The position numbers were made by a program, and so were the translations under genes. The notes below the pieces were generated by a model. That model was not told where the DNA came from. It was given only the letters and a program-made list of their open reading frames with translations, and made no database searches. Below, piece by piece: positions 38,445 to 47,388 of a stretch of 64,000 nt of DNA; positions within the stretch are counted from its first letter, which is position 1, and each line of letters begins with the position of its first letter. Location of the stretch: contig JAKLFY010000027.1 in assembly GCA_022710935.1 (NCBI GenBank), positions 1,279 through 65,278 on the forward strand, read 5' to 3'. Source of the DNA: Verrucomicrobiota bacterium (GTDB lineage Bacteria > Verrucomicrobiota > Verrucomicrobiia > Limisphaerales > J093).

Positions 38445-39448
38445 ATCGACGGGGGAGATCGCGTGAGGTCGAGTCGGGCGAAAGATCGAGCATGAAACTG
38501 CGACCCGAGGGCGTGACGGAGTGGCGGGCACCTCGCAGGCCGGGGCCGCCGCTTGTGAGCATTGTGCTGCCCACCTACAATCGGGCCGCGCTTCTGCCGC
38601 AGAGTGTTGATTCCATCCTGGGGCAGACCGAGCGGGACCTCGAGTTGCTGATAGTCGACGACGGGTCCGGGGACGAGACCCGGGAGTACGCGGCCCGGAT
38701 GCGGGAGCAGGATCCGCGCGTCGGGTACATGCGCGAGCAGAATCTGGGCCTGCCGCGCGCGTTGAACAACGGGTTCCGGGCGGCCCGAGGCGAGTTTTGG
38801 ACCTGGACCAGCGACGACAACCGGTATTTCCCCGAGGCGATCGAGCGTCTGAGCGGCTATCTGCGCGGGCATCCCGAGGCGGGATTGGTCTACGGCGACA
38901 TGATCCAGCGCAGGGAGCAGGGGTTGGTGTTCAATCCGCCCGCCTACCGCGACACATTCTGGCGCAACAGCCTCTTCGGTGCGGCCTTTCTCTACCGTGC
39001 CGCGGCGGCGCGTCAGGCGGGGGAGTATGACGCCTCGCTGCGCATGGTCGAGGACTACGACTTCATGCTGCGCCTGAGCTACGTGGCGGAGGTGGGGCAC
39101 TGGCCGTACATCATTTACGAATACGGGGAGCACGAGGAATCGCTGACAAGCACGCGCCCGATGGAGCACCTTCGGGCCATCGGCCGGATGTTCGAGAAGC
39201 ATCGTCGCCTGGGTTTGGCGTCCCGGCGCGATCTGAGCGATCTGGCCATTCAGATCAGCGGAACCAGCCGCCGGCGCAGCCAGTGCTGGAACGGCATCCG
39301 ATTCGGCATCAAGGCGATTTGCCTTTGGCCGTTCAACTGGCGCGCTTACCGGTCGACCCTCTTCGCCTTCGTCGTCGGGGCGCGTCGGGGCTGGGGCTCG
39401 GCTCAAGCTCCGGGGGCGGGGCGGGTGCCGGACAAGAGTTCTTCGTAG
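38441..39448 (+). CDS. Family 2 glycosyltransferase
   Basis: The ATG at 38441 overlaps the upstream stop (ATGA); an alternative ATG is at 38492. VSIVLPTYNRAALL...LELLIVDDGSGDET...WTSDDN. Confidence 0.85.
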   Translation: MNRRGRSREVESGERSSMKLRPEGVTEWRAPRRPGPPLVSIVLPTYNRAALLPQSVDSILGQTERDLELLIVDDGSGDETREYAARMREQDPRVGYMREQNLGLPRALNNGFRAARGEFWTWTSDDNRYFPEAIERLSGYLRGHPEAGLVYGDMIQRREQGLVFNPPAYRDTFWRNSLFGAAFLYRAAAARQAGEYDASLRMVEDYDFMLRLSYVAEVGHWPYIIYEYGEHEESLTSTRPMEHLRAIGRMFEKHRRLGLASRRDLSDLAIQISGTSRRRSQCWNGIRFGIKAICLWPFNWRAYRSTLFAFVVGARRGWGSAQAPGAGRVPDKSSS

Positions 39449-40581
39449 AGTTCCTCGTAGCGCCGGACCATCCGCCTCATGCTGTACATGCCGGCGCGAT
39501 CCCGGCAAGCCGGGCGCATGCCTTCGAGCCGCTCGGGCGACAGCCGGAAGACCTCGCCCAGGCGGGCGGCCAGATGCGGCACATCGTCGGTGCGAGCCAC
39601 CCATCCCGTGGCGCCGTCGCCGATGACTCCCGCCGCGTTGGCGGCTTCAGACACCAGCGCGGGGCGTCCGGCGGCGAGCGATTCGAGCACTGCATTGGGC
39701 AATCCTTCCCAGAGAGAGGCCAGGACGGTGAAGTCCGCGGCGTGCAGGAGGGCTTCGGGCTGGTTGGTTTGGGGCAACTGCGTGATCACGCCTCCCAGGC
39801 CGTGGCGGCGGATCGCCTCATCGAGTTGCGCCTGGATCTCGTCGCTTTCGTGCTCGCCCGCAATGAACACCCGAACGCCGCCGGGCAATTCCTGTCGGCG
39901 CTTCAGTTCGCCCAGGGCCAGGGCGAGCAGGTGCGGCGACTTCTGTTTCGTGATGCGGCCCAGCATGGCGACAACGCAGGAGGCGGTCGGGGCGAGGCGG
40001 GCCCGCAACCCGGGATCGGGGTTGCGGCCGAAGCGCTCGCAATCGAGGCCGTTCGGGATGCAGACCAGCTTGCGGGCGGGGATGCGGCTGTGCTCGATGA
40101 GTTGGCGTTCGAGGTGCGGGCTGTTGCAGACCACGCGCTGGGAGAGCCGGTGCTCGATCCGCTCGTAGAAGAGCTGTCGCGGCTGGTATTCGGTCCGCAC
40201 CGCGGTCACCAGGCGGAGGCGGGGGGGCATGAGGACGCGTCCGAGTCGGGCGATATGATTGCTGTGGTGGCTGACGGCATGGAGAAGCGCGGGGCGCGTT
40301 CGCCAGGTTGCGGCGATCAGTCGGGCCCAACCCGCCAGCAAGCCGGGGGGAGACCAGCGGAGGTCGAGGACGCGCCACGGAACGCGGGCGCGATCGAGAT
40401 CCGGGGCAAAATGGAGGCTGGTGCCGTAGGCCTTGCCGTGCAGGCAGAGGAGGCGGGGGTCGAAGCGTTCTCGATTCAATCGTGTGACGAGTTCCACCGT
40501 CTGTCGCTCCGCGCCGCCGGCGCTGAGAGTGTCGACGCAATAGAGCACCCGCCACCGCTGTCGATCCCGAGTTGTCGGCAT
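39403..40581 (-). CDS. Family 4 (GT-B, GT1/GT4-type) glycosyltransferase
   Basis: The ATG at 40581 gives MPTTRDRQRWRVLYCVDTLSAGGAERQ. C-terminal ...SLWEGLPNAVLESLAAGRPALVSE. Its 3' end overlaps the convergent GT2 gene by 46 nt. Confidence 0.85.
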   Translation of the reverse strand: MPTTRDRQRWRVLYCVDTLSAGGAERQTVELVTRLNRERFDPRLLCLHGKAYGTSLHFAPDLDRARVPWRVLDLRWSPPGLLAGWARLIAATWRTRPALLHAVSHHSNHIARLGRVLMPPRLRLVTAVRTEYQPRQLFYERIEHRLSQRVVCNSPHLERQLIEHSRIPARKLVCIPNGLDCERFGRNPDPGLRARLAPTASCVVAMLGRITKQKSPHLLALALGELKRRQELPGGVRVFIAGEHESDEIQAQLDEAIRRHGLGGVITQLPQTNQPEALLHAADFTVLASLWEGLPNAVLESLAAGRPALVSEAANAAGVIGDGATGWVARTDDVPHLAARLGEVFRLSPERLEGMRPACRDRAGMYSMRRMVRRYEELYEELLSGTRPAPGA

Positions 40582-40823
40582 AGTGATTCCGGTCAAGAGG
40601 CTGTCTGGCCCGCGGACGCGCGCGCGCCGCCCGAGTTTGCGCCAGAAGTCCGCGCACAGGCGGGCGGGATTGTCAACACAGGCCTCGGGCGGCGCAATAA
40701 ATGTGTTGCTCCGCATGGATGGGTCGGCGACAGAATGTCGCGGTTCGGCGGCGGCGGGCTTTCGGGCAGAGGGCGTGTCGGGGTGGGGCGCGGCGGTGCG
40801 GCTGCGGTCGAACGACGAAGATC

Positions 40824-42368
40824 ATGGTATCCGCAATTGACTATCGCATTCGGTTTCACAGGGCCTTGTGGTACGGGCTCATCCTGCTGGCCGCACTGAG
40901 TCTGAGCGTCTTTCTGGCGTCGGACCAGTTCATGGTGGCCTTTGTGGTGGGGGGGACCCTGTGGCTGGCGACGCTGCCGTATCATGCGCACCTGGCCATG
41001 GTCGTGACCGTGACGACATTCAGCTCGGCGCTCATCCTGCCGTTCATTCCGGGGCGTCCGTACATGTGGGAAGGGGCGGCGCTGCTGGCCTGGACCGGTG
41101 TGATCGTGCTTCACATGGTGCGGCGGGGTTCGCCGGATCTGGCGGCGACCCTCAGGGCGCATCGTTGGGTCTTTATCGGTTCAATCATCTATTGCGTTGT
41201 GTTGGTGGTGACGATGATGGTGCGCGGCTTCGGCCTGCGGATTCTGGGATCGGGACAGGCGGGAGGCCGGCTTTACTTGCAGCAGTTGCTTTGCGCGATC
41301 TTCCCGCTGCTCTTTGCGATGCTCCAGAGCAACGAGCGCTCGCTGGTCAAGTTGTTGACAATCCAGTGGCTTCTCACCGGCACGTATCTGATCGCGGACT
41401 TTGCCTTCACCTTCGGCGGGGGGCTGGCCAACGCGTTGTACTTCGTCGAGTTGCCCGTGGACGCCGCCAGTTTCGAGTTTCAATCGATGCGGTTCGGGAT
41501 CCGGCGTTTCCAGTCGTTCGCGCTGGTCAGCATGGGCCTGTTCTTCATCGTTCTGGTCTACAACAACACCAAGGATTTTGTCGCGCGCAAGGCGTTTTGG
41601 CTGTTGCCGGTAATGGTCCTGGTGCTGTTGGTGGGAATGCTCAGCGGCCACCGGGTCGTTCTGGTCACGACGGGATTTGTCATGCTCTTCTGCGTCTACG
41701 CCCAGCGGTTCTTCACCGTGCGCAACCAGTTGATCGCCCTGCTGATCCTGATCCCGTCGTTTGCGCTGCTGTATGCGTTCGCAGACCGCATGCCGCTGGC
41801 GGCCCAGCGCGCCGTGGCTTTCCTGCCCGGCATTTCGATCGACAACGCCGCGCGGGTGGACGCGGTCGGCACGATGACGGCGCGGCGGACCATGTTCCGC
41901 GTCGGCCTCGAGATGATCCCGCAGTATTTGTGGGTGGGACGCGGCTTCGCGCGGTATCTGGACGAGTATTCGCGGGCCTTTGACCCGACCGGCACGATGA
42001 TGCACATCAACCAGGGTGTGTTCTACAACGGCTTTGTCGGTCTGATGGTGAACACAGGTGTGTTTGGCACCGCGGGGATGTTGCTGTTCATGTACGGCGG
42101 GACGCGTGTGGCCTGGCGCATCATCCAGCATCTTCGCCGTTATGGCTGCGAGGACAATTTCTCCCGCGCCTGTTCGGTGGTGGCCGGGATTTGGATGGGA
42201 AGCGCCATCAGCTTCCTCTTCCTGCACGGCGACAGCGAATACGCCATGAAGACGTTTTCCCTCCAGGCCGGGGTGCTCATCATGGCCAACCGGTTTCTCG
42301 AGCAGCGTCTTGTGACGGCGTCTGCCGCCCCCCCAGCCGAACCCGGTGCTGTCCCAAGCCAGGCCTGA
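40824..42368 (+). CDS. Polytopic membrane protein, O-antigen ligase / Wzy-polymerase-like
   Basis: The ATG at 40824 gives about 12 hydrophobic segments, plus a periplasmic-loop region with R/H residues (GHRVVLV...). It sits among glycosyltransferases. The family call is by context and topology only. Confidence 0.6.
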   Translation: MVSAIDYRIRFHRALWYGLILLAALSLSVFLASDQFMVAFVVGGTLWLATLPYHAHLAMVVTVTTFSSALILPFIPGRPYMWEGAALLAWTGVIVLHMVRRGSPDLAATLRAHRWVFIGSIIYCVVLVVTMMVRGFGLRILGSGQAGGRLYLQQLLCAIFPLLFAMLQSNERSLVKLLTIQWLLTGTYLIADFAFTFGGGLANALYFVELPVDAASFEFQSMRFGIRRFQSFALVSMGLFFIVLVYNNTKDFVARKAFWLLPVMVLVLLVGMLSGHRVVLVTTGFVMLFCVYAQRFFTVRNQLIALLILIPSFALLYAFADRMPLAAQRAVAFLPGISIDNAARVDAVGTMTARRTMFRVGLEMIPQYLWVGRGFARYLDEYSRAFDPTGTMMHINQGVFYNGFVGLMVNTGVFGTAGMLLFMYGGTRVAWRIIQHLRRYGCEDNFSRACSVVAGIWMGSAISFLFLHGDSEYAMKTFSLQAGVLIMANRFLEQRLVTASAAPPAEPGAVPSQA

Positions 42369-42390
42369 TCAAACAGCGGCCCAACCATCC

Positions 42391-43656
42391 ATGAGAGAGA
42401 CGGCCAGAAGCGGAAGGGGCCAGGAAGGCAGGGGCAGAATCTCCGGAGAATCCTCGAACCCGGCAGCGCGGCACACGGACTCGGCTCGGATCGAGGACCT
42501 CTTGCCGGTCGAGGATTCTGGCGACGCTGGCGTGCCGCGGAGGCAAAGGCGACGCGATGGTCTTCGGTGGATGCTCGTTGTCGCCGCGGTCTGCGTCTGC
42601 GCGTTCGTCCGCGCCGACACGGAGGTCATCGACCGGGCCGTGTTGGATCGTTGGGCTGCGCCGTATCGGGGCTGGCATTACTGGCCGGACCACGTGATCC
42701 CGTCGCAGCCGGGCATACCCGGCCACGAAGCGTTTCACAGCACGGACGTGCCGTGCGTGTACCAAGTGCCGGGAGAGCCGGACACCTGGTACATGAGTTT
42801 CATCGGCTTCAACGGCCAGGGGTACAACTCGTTTGTGGCTGAGAGCACAAACCTGGTGCGTTGGACCAGGCCGCGGCTGGCAATGGGATTCGGTCCCACG
42901 AACGCGTTTGACTTCGGCGGGTGCGTCGTGGGGGCGTTCCTGTACGAATCGTACGATGTGAAGGCGCCGCGTGTTCTCAAGAAGCGCGACGGGAGGTATT
43001 GGACGCTGTACGGCTGCTATCCGCGCCAGGGCGGATACGAGTTGCGCCCCGGCTCCGAGGGGGTGGCCTCGAGCGAAGACGGCCTGACGTGGGGCCGGGC
43101 GAAGGACGCGCCGATCCTGTCCGTTGCGGATCCGGACTGCGCGGTGTGGGAGAAGGACTGCATTTACCAGCCGTGGCTGCTCGAGCATCGGGGGCGTTTC
43201 TTCAATTTCTACAATGCGGCCAACGGCTCGATCGAGCAGACGGGTCTGGCGTTTTCCTGCGATTTGTTGAACTGGATGCGCTATCCGGCAAACCCGGTCA
43301 TCCGTGTCCGCTCGGGCGGCTTCGACGAGCAGTTCGCGTCGGATCCCAAGGTGTTCCGGGACGGCGATCACTGGACGATGTTTTACTTCGGCGTGGGGCG
43401 GGGCGGGGCGCACATCATGGCGGCCTTTTCACGCGATCTGGCGCATTGGACGGCGCACCCGGAGCCTCTGTATGCGGCGGGCGGCCATCCCGGCGGTCTG
43501 GATCGCCAGTACGCCCACAAGATCTCGCTGGTGTACAATCCGAAGAACGAGACGTTCTACATGTACTACTGCGCCTGCGGCAGCCAGGGGCGCGGCATTG
43601 GTCTGATCACCAGCAAGCCGCTGGAGGCCGAGGCGTCGCAGGAAAACAACGGTTGA
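42391..43656 (+). CDS. Secreted five-bladed beta-propeller glycoside-hydrolase-like protein (GH43/GH32/GH130 superfamily)
   Basis: Blocks WYMSFIGFNGQGY, YWTLYGCY, DCIYQPWLLEHRGRFFNFYNAANG, ASDPKVFRDGDHWTMFYFG and FYMYYCACG, each with the repeated W/F-x-Y-Y/F blade pattern. The start is uncertain (42346, 42391 or 42571). Confidence 0.5.
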   Translation: MRETARSGRGQEGRGRISGESSNPAARHTDSARIEDLLPVEDSGDAGVPRRQRRRDGLRWMLVVAAVCVCAFVRADTEVIDRAVLDRWAAPYRGWHYWPDHVIPSQPGIPGHEAFHSTDVPCVYQVPGEPDTWYMSFIGFNGQGYNSFVAESTNLVRWTRPRLAMGFGPTNAFDFGGCVVGAFLYESYDVKAPRVLKKRDGRYWTLYGCYPRQGGYELRPGSEGVASSEDGLTWGRAKDAPILSVADPDCAVWEKDCIYQPWLLEHRGRFFNFYNAANGSIEQTGLAFSCDLLNWMRYPANPVIRVRSGGFDEQFASDPKVFRDGDHWTMFYFGVGRGGAHIMAAFSRDLAHWTAHPEPLYAAGGHPGGLDRQYAHKISLVYNPKNETFYMYYCACGSQGRGIGLITSKPLEAEASQENNG

Positions 43657-43658
43657 GA

Positions 43659-44603
43659 ATGGAGAATCCTATGGACTGTACGAAGTTTATCGAGGAGCAG
43701 GTGCGCAACCTGCGGCAAAGAGTCGGAGACGGTCTCGCCATCAATGCCCTGAGCGGCGGGGTGGACAGCTCGGTGGTGACGGCCCTGGGCTACCGGGCGC
43801 TCGCGCGCCAGCTCAAGACCATCTTTGTCGAGAACGGATTGATGCGCGAGGGGGAAGCGGAGCGCGTGATCGAGACGTTTGCGGCGCTGGGCATCCCGGT
43901 CGAGCTGGTCGATGCGCGCAAGGAGTTCCTGGGCGCGTTGGCGGGCGTGACCGATCCGGAGCGGAAGCGCTGCGCGATCACGGAGACGTTTTACAAGACT
44001 GTGTTTGGAAAGGTGGTGCGGCAATCGGGAGCCAAGTTCCTCCTGCACGGCACGATTCTGACCGACATCGAGGAGACGGTGGCCGGCATCAAGCGTCAGC
44101 ACAATATCCTGAGCCAGCTCGGGATTGATCCGGAGCGGGTGTATGGATACCAGGTGGTCGAACCGCTCGAGACGCTGCGCAAGGACGATGTGCGGGAGCT
44201 GGCGGGGGCGCTGGGCTTGCCTGAGACCATCGCCCAGAGAATTCCCTTCCCCGGTCCCGCCCTGGCGACCCGAATTGTCGGGGAGGTGACCGAGGAACGG
44301 CTTGCCACCGTCCGGCAAGCCACGGCCATCGTCGAGGAGGAACTGGCGTCGACTGGCGCGTTTCAGTACCTGGCGGTGCTGCTCAACGATCGCGCCACGG
44401 GGATTCGCGACAACCACCGCGAGTTCGGACAGATCATTGTTGTGCGCTGCATCGAATCGACCGACGCGCGGACGGCGTTGGTGACGGAGATCAAGTGGCC
44501 CGCATTGCATCGCCTGGCGGAGCGAATCACCCGGATCCCGGGCGTGAACCGGTGTCTGTACGATCTGACCCCGAAACCGCCCGCCACGATCGAGTATGTG
44601 TAG
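43659..44603 (+). CDS. GMP synthase ATP-pyrophosphatase/dimerisation unit without GATase domain (GuaA C-terminal-like)
   Basis: The ATG at 43659 is in frame within track ORF 42921-44603. PP-loop LSGGVDSSVV. ...FLLHGTILTDIEE... C-terminal LTPKPPATIEYV, typical of the GMP synthase end. 314 aa. Confidence 0.8.
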   Translation: MENPMDCTKFIEEQVRNLRQRVGDGLAINALSGGVDSSVVTALGYRALARQLKTIFVENGLMREGEAERVIETFAALGIPVELVDARKEFLGALAGVTDPERKRCAITETFYKTVFGKVVRQSGAKFLLHGTILTDIEETVAGIKRQHNILSQLGIDPERVYGYQVVEPLETLRKDDVRELAGALGLPETIAQRIPFPGPALATRIVGEVTEERLATVRQATAIVEEELASTGAFQYLAVLLNDRATGIRDNHREFGQIIVVRCIESTDARTALVTEIKWPALHRLAERITRIPGVNRCLYDLTPKPPATIEYV

Positions 44604-44610
44604 CCCGGAC

Positions 44611-44643
44611 ATTTCTTAGCGCGGCTTTGCCGCGCTAAGAAAT
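44611..44643. terminator. Perfect 15-bp stem / 3-nt loop hairpin between the guaA-like gene and hisF
   Basis: ATTTCTTAGCGCGGC-TTT-GCCGCGCTAAGAAAT, read directly from the sequence. There is no U-run after the stem, so it may be an RNA-stability or processing element rather than a canonical intrinsic terminator. Confidence 0.35.
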
Positions 44644-44689
44644 ATGCGGTGAGCGAGCCGCGAGTAGGTCGAACCCTGAAAGGACAAGT

Positions 44690-45460
44690 ATGCAACAGTC
44701 AGAGAAGGACATCGTCATCATGCCCTGCCTGGACATGCAAAACGGGCGCGTCGTCAAGGGTGTGCATTTCGTCGATATTCGCGACGTGGGCGACCCGGTC
44801 GCCTGCGCCCAGGCCTATTGCCAGGCGGGGGCCGATGAGCTGGCCATGCTCGATATCACGGCGACTGTCGAGGGACGGCGGACGATGATCGAAGTGGTGC
44901 GGCGCGTGGCCGAGGCGGCAACGGTACCCCTGACCATTGGCGGCGGGATTGGGGACGTCGCGTCCGCGTCGGCTGTGCTCGAGGCCGGGGCCGACAAGAT
45001 CTCGGTGAGTTCGGCGGCATTTCGCAAGCCGGACCTGATACCGCAATTGATGAACGAGTTCGGGGCGAAGGTGACGGTGGCGATCGACGTGGACCGGAAC
45101 GCGACATTGCCCTCGGGCTACGAGGTCTACATCGACGGCGGACGCACGGCGACGGGCGCCGATGCCGTCGAGTGGGCCAGACGAGTCGATGGCTACGGCG
45201 TCCCAGTTATCCTGCCGACCAGCAAAGCCGGCGACGGCGCGCGCACCGGGTATGACCTGCCGGTCATCCGGGCTATGGCCCAAGCGGTGAAGGCCCGGGT
45301 GGTCGCCTCGGGCGGGGCAGGCGCACTCGACCATTTCGTGCAGGCCGTCGAGGCCGGGGCAACCATCCTGCTCGCGGCTTCCGTCTTTCACTTCGGCCTG
45401 ATCCAGATTCCGCGGCTCAAAGATCACCTCCGTGCGCGCGGCGTGCGGGTCCGGGGCTGA
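44690..45460 (+). CDS. hisF: Imidazole glycerol phosphate synthase cyclase subunit
   Basis: IMPCLDMQNGRVVKGVHFVDIRDVGDPV..A..Y...GADELAMLDITAT...PLTIGGGI...GADKISVSSAA...VIASGGAG...AASVFHF. Confidence 0.9.
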   Translation: MQQSEKDIVIMPCLDMQNGRVVKGVHFVDIRDVGDPVACAQAYCQAGADELAMLDITATVEGRRTMIEVVRRVAEAATVPLTIGGGIGDVASASAVLEAGADKISVSSAAFRKPDLIPQLMNEFGAKVTVAIDVDRNATLPSGYEVYIDGGRTATGADAVEWARRVDGYGVPVILPTSKAGDGARTGYDLPVIRAMAQAVKARVVASGGAGALDHFVQAVEAGATILLAASVFHFGLIQIPRLKDHLRARGVRVRG

Positions 45461-45505
45461 CCGGCACAACAGCGGGACGCAGAGTGGTCTCGCATTGCAA
45501 AGACC

Positions 45506-46240
45506 CTAACGCCGCACCTTCCTGAACAGACAGAAAAGCTCGTCGCCGATGCGGCGATGAGACACCAGCCGTAATCGAGCGGCGTCCGCGAGCCGGCGCG
45601 GACTGGGGCCGTCGGCGATGGTGGGGGCCGCGGCGCCCCCGAAGACGAACGGACAGATGGTCAGGTGCAGTTCGTCGACGAACCCCTGGCCGAACAAGGC
45701 CGCGTTGAGCTCGCCGCCTCCTTCGCACAGCAGACGCTTCACGCCCCGGGCCGAGCGCAGCCAGGCCAGGGCGGCGCGGAAGTCGATCTGGGTTCGTCCG
45801 CAGACAACGACCTGATCCGCCGGCCCGTCGAGTTGGCGGAGTCGTGTCTGCCCTGCCCGTTCGGTCGTCAGGATGAGGATGGGAGAGAATCGTCGGGTGA
45901 AGATCGAACTGGCCGGATCGATTCGACCGTGCCCGCTGACCAGGATGCGCAGGTTGAACTCAGCCAGTCCCCGCTCGATTCGGCTCCGGCGGTAGCGCGC
46001 GGGACCGGGTCCGAGGTGAATGTCTTCGGCGGATGCCGTGCGGGCGCCGCACATGACAGCGTCGGCGGTGGCGCGCAGAGCATAGAGGTGGGCCAGATCC
46101 CGCCTGGTTCCGAAGGAGGCGATGCGGCGGTTGGCGGTGGCGATCTTGCCGTCGGCGGTCATCGCCATGTTGACCAGCACATAGGGGAGGGCAGGGGAGG
46201 ACGCCCCGTCCGCGGCTGGTGTTGAGACGCGCACAATCAT
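45506..46240 (-). CDS. RibD C-terminal-domain reductase family protein (diaminohydroxyphosphoribosylaminopyrimidine reductase-like)
   Basis: The ATG at 46240 overlaps the queA stop (ATGA). YVLVNMAMTADGKIA...LHLYALRATADAVMCGARTA...LLCEGGGELNAALF..GFVDELHLTICP. Confidence 0.75.
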   Translation of the reverse strand: MIVRVSTPAADGASSPALPYVLVNMAMTADGKIATANRRIASFGTRRDLAHLYALRATADAVMCGARTASAEDIHLGPGPARYRRSRIERGLAEFNLRILVSGHGRIDPASSIFTRRFSPILILTTERAGQTRLRQLDGPADQVVVCGRTQIDFRAALAWLRSARGVKRLLCEGGGELNAALFGQGFVDELHLTICPFVFGGAAAPTIADGPSPRRLADAARLRLVSHRRIGDELFCLFRKVRR

Positions 46241-47382
46241 AGCAACAGCATGGCGTCGCCGTAGCTGTAAAAGCGATACCCCTCGCGGATGGCCTCCTGG
46301 TAGGCCGCCAGGACCATCTCGCGACCCCGAGTCTCGCCCGGCGCGGCAAACGCGCTCACAAGCATCAGCAAAGTCGACTCCGGCAGATGGAAGTTCGTCA
46401 GGAGCGCGTCCACCGCGCGAAATGCGTACGGCGGGTGGATGAAGATGCGCGTGCGGCCGGGACCTGGGGATAGGCTCAGCGCCGCGCTGGATCCGGGCGC
46501 GTCGCATCGAGCTCGAGACGCTGCGCTCTCGAGGACGCGCACCGACGTTGTGCCGACGGCAATGACGCGATGGCCGGCGCGCCGAGCTTCCCGAATTGTC
46601 TCTGCCGTGGCTTGGGGAAGGTCAAAGACCTCGGCATGCATGACATGGTCCTCGAGGCGTTCGGTCTTGACCGGCGCGAACGTGCCAAGGCCGACGTGCA
46701 GCGTGACATGGCAGACGCGTATGCCACGTCCGCGCAGCGCCTCGATCATCCGGGCGGTGAAGTGGAGTCCGGCCGTCGGGGCGGCGGTCGAGCCGGGGGG
46801 GTGCGCGAAGACCGTTTGGTAGCGTTCGCGGTCTTCGGAGGTCGGGGGTCCTGCGCGTGTGATATAGGGCGGGAGCGGGACCTCTCCGAGGAGGTCGAGC
46901 ATGTCCTTGATGTTCGCGGGCCCCTCGAACCGCAACCGATAATGGCCTTCGGCATTCTTGGCCTCGACGATCGCTCGCGAGACACTCGGGGCGGAGAGAG
47001 ACCCGAGCTGGGATGGAGCGGCGCGGGCGTGGGAGTCGGGCGCGGGCGGCGGAAAGAGGAGCACGGTGCCCGGGCGGACCCGTTTCCCGGGGCGCAAGAG
47101 GACCCACCAATCGTTGGGCGCGATCTCTTCGGCGAGCAGCACTTCGAGTCGGGCGCCGCCGCCCGCTTTTTCGGCCCTCAAGCGGGCGGGAATGACGCGC
47201 GAGTTGTTGAGGACCAGGGCGTCCCCAGGGCGCAAGTAATCGGGCAGATCGACGAACCGGCGATGCTCGATGTGCCCGGCCCGGCGGTCGAGCACCAGGA
47301 GGCGTGAGCCCTCGCGGCGGACCGCCGGGGTCTGCGCGATCAACTCCGGTGGCAGGGCGTAGCGAAAATCCGCGGTCCGCAT
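46237..47382 (-). CDS. queA: S-adenosylmethionine:tRNA ribosyltransferase-isomerase
   Basis: MRTADFRYALPPELIAQTPA..R..SRLLVL...GDALVLNNSRVIPARL...LPPYI...YQTVFA...GSTAAPTAGLHFT...VTLHVGLGTF.PV. Confidence 0.95.
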   Translation of the reverse strand: MRTADFRYALPPELIAQTPAVRREGSRLLVLDRRAGHIEHRRFVDLPDYLRPGDALVLNNSRVIPARLRAEKAGGGARLEVLLAEEIAPNDWWVLLRPGKRVRPGTVLLFPPPAPDSHARAAPSQLGSLSAPSVSRAIVEAKNAEGHYRLRFEGPANIKDMLDLLGEVPLPPYITRAGPPTSEDRERYQTVFAHPPGSTAAPTAGLHFTARMIEALRGRGIRVCHVTLHVGLGTFAPVKTERLEDHVMHAEVFDLPQATAETIREARRAGHRVIAVGTTSVRVLESAASRARCDAPGSSAALSLSPGPGRTRIFIHPPYAFRAVDALLTNFHLPESTLLMLVSAFAAPGETRGREMVLAAYQEAIREGYRFYSYGDAMLLL

Positions 47383-47388
47383 GGCAGA

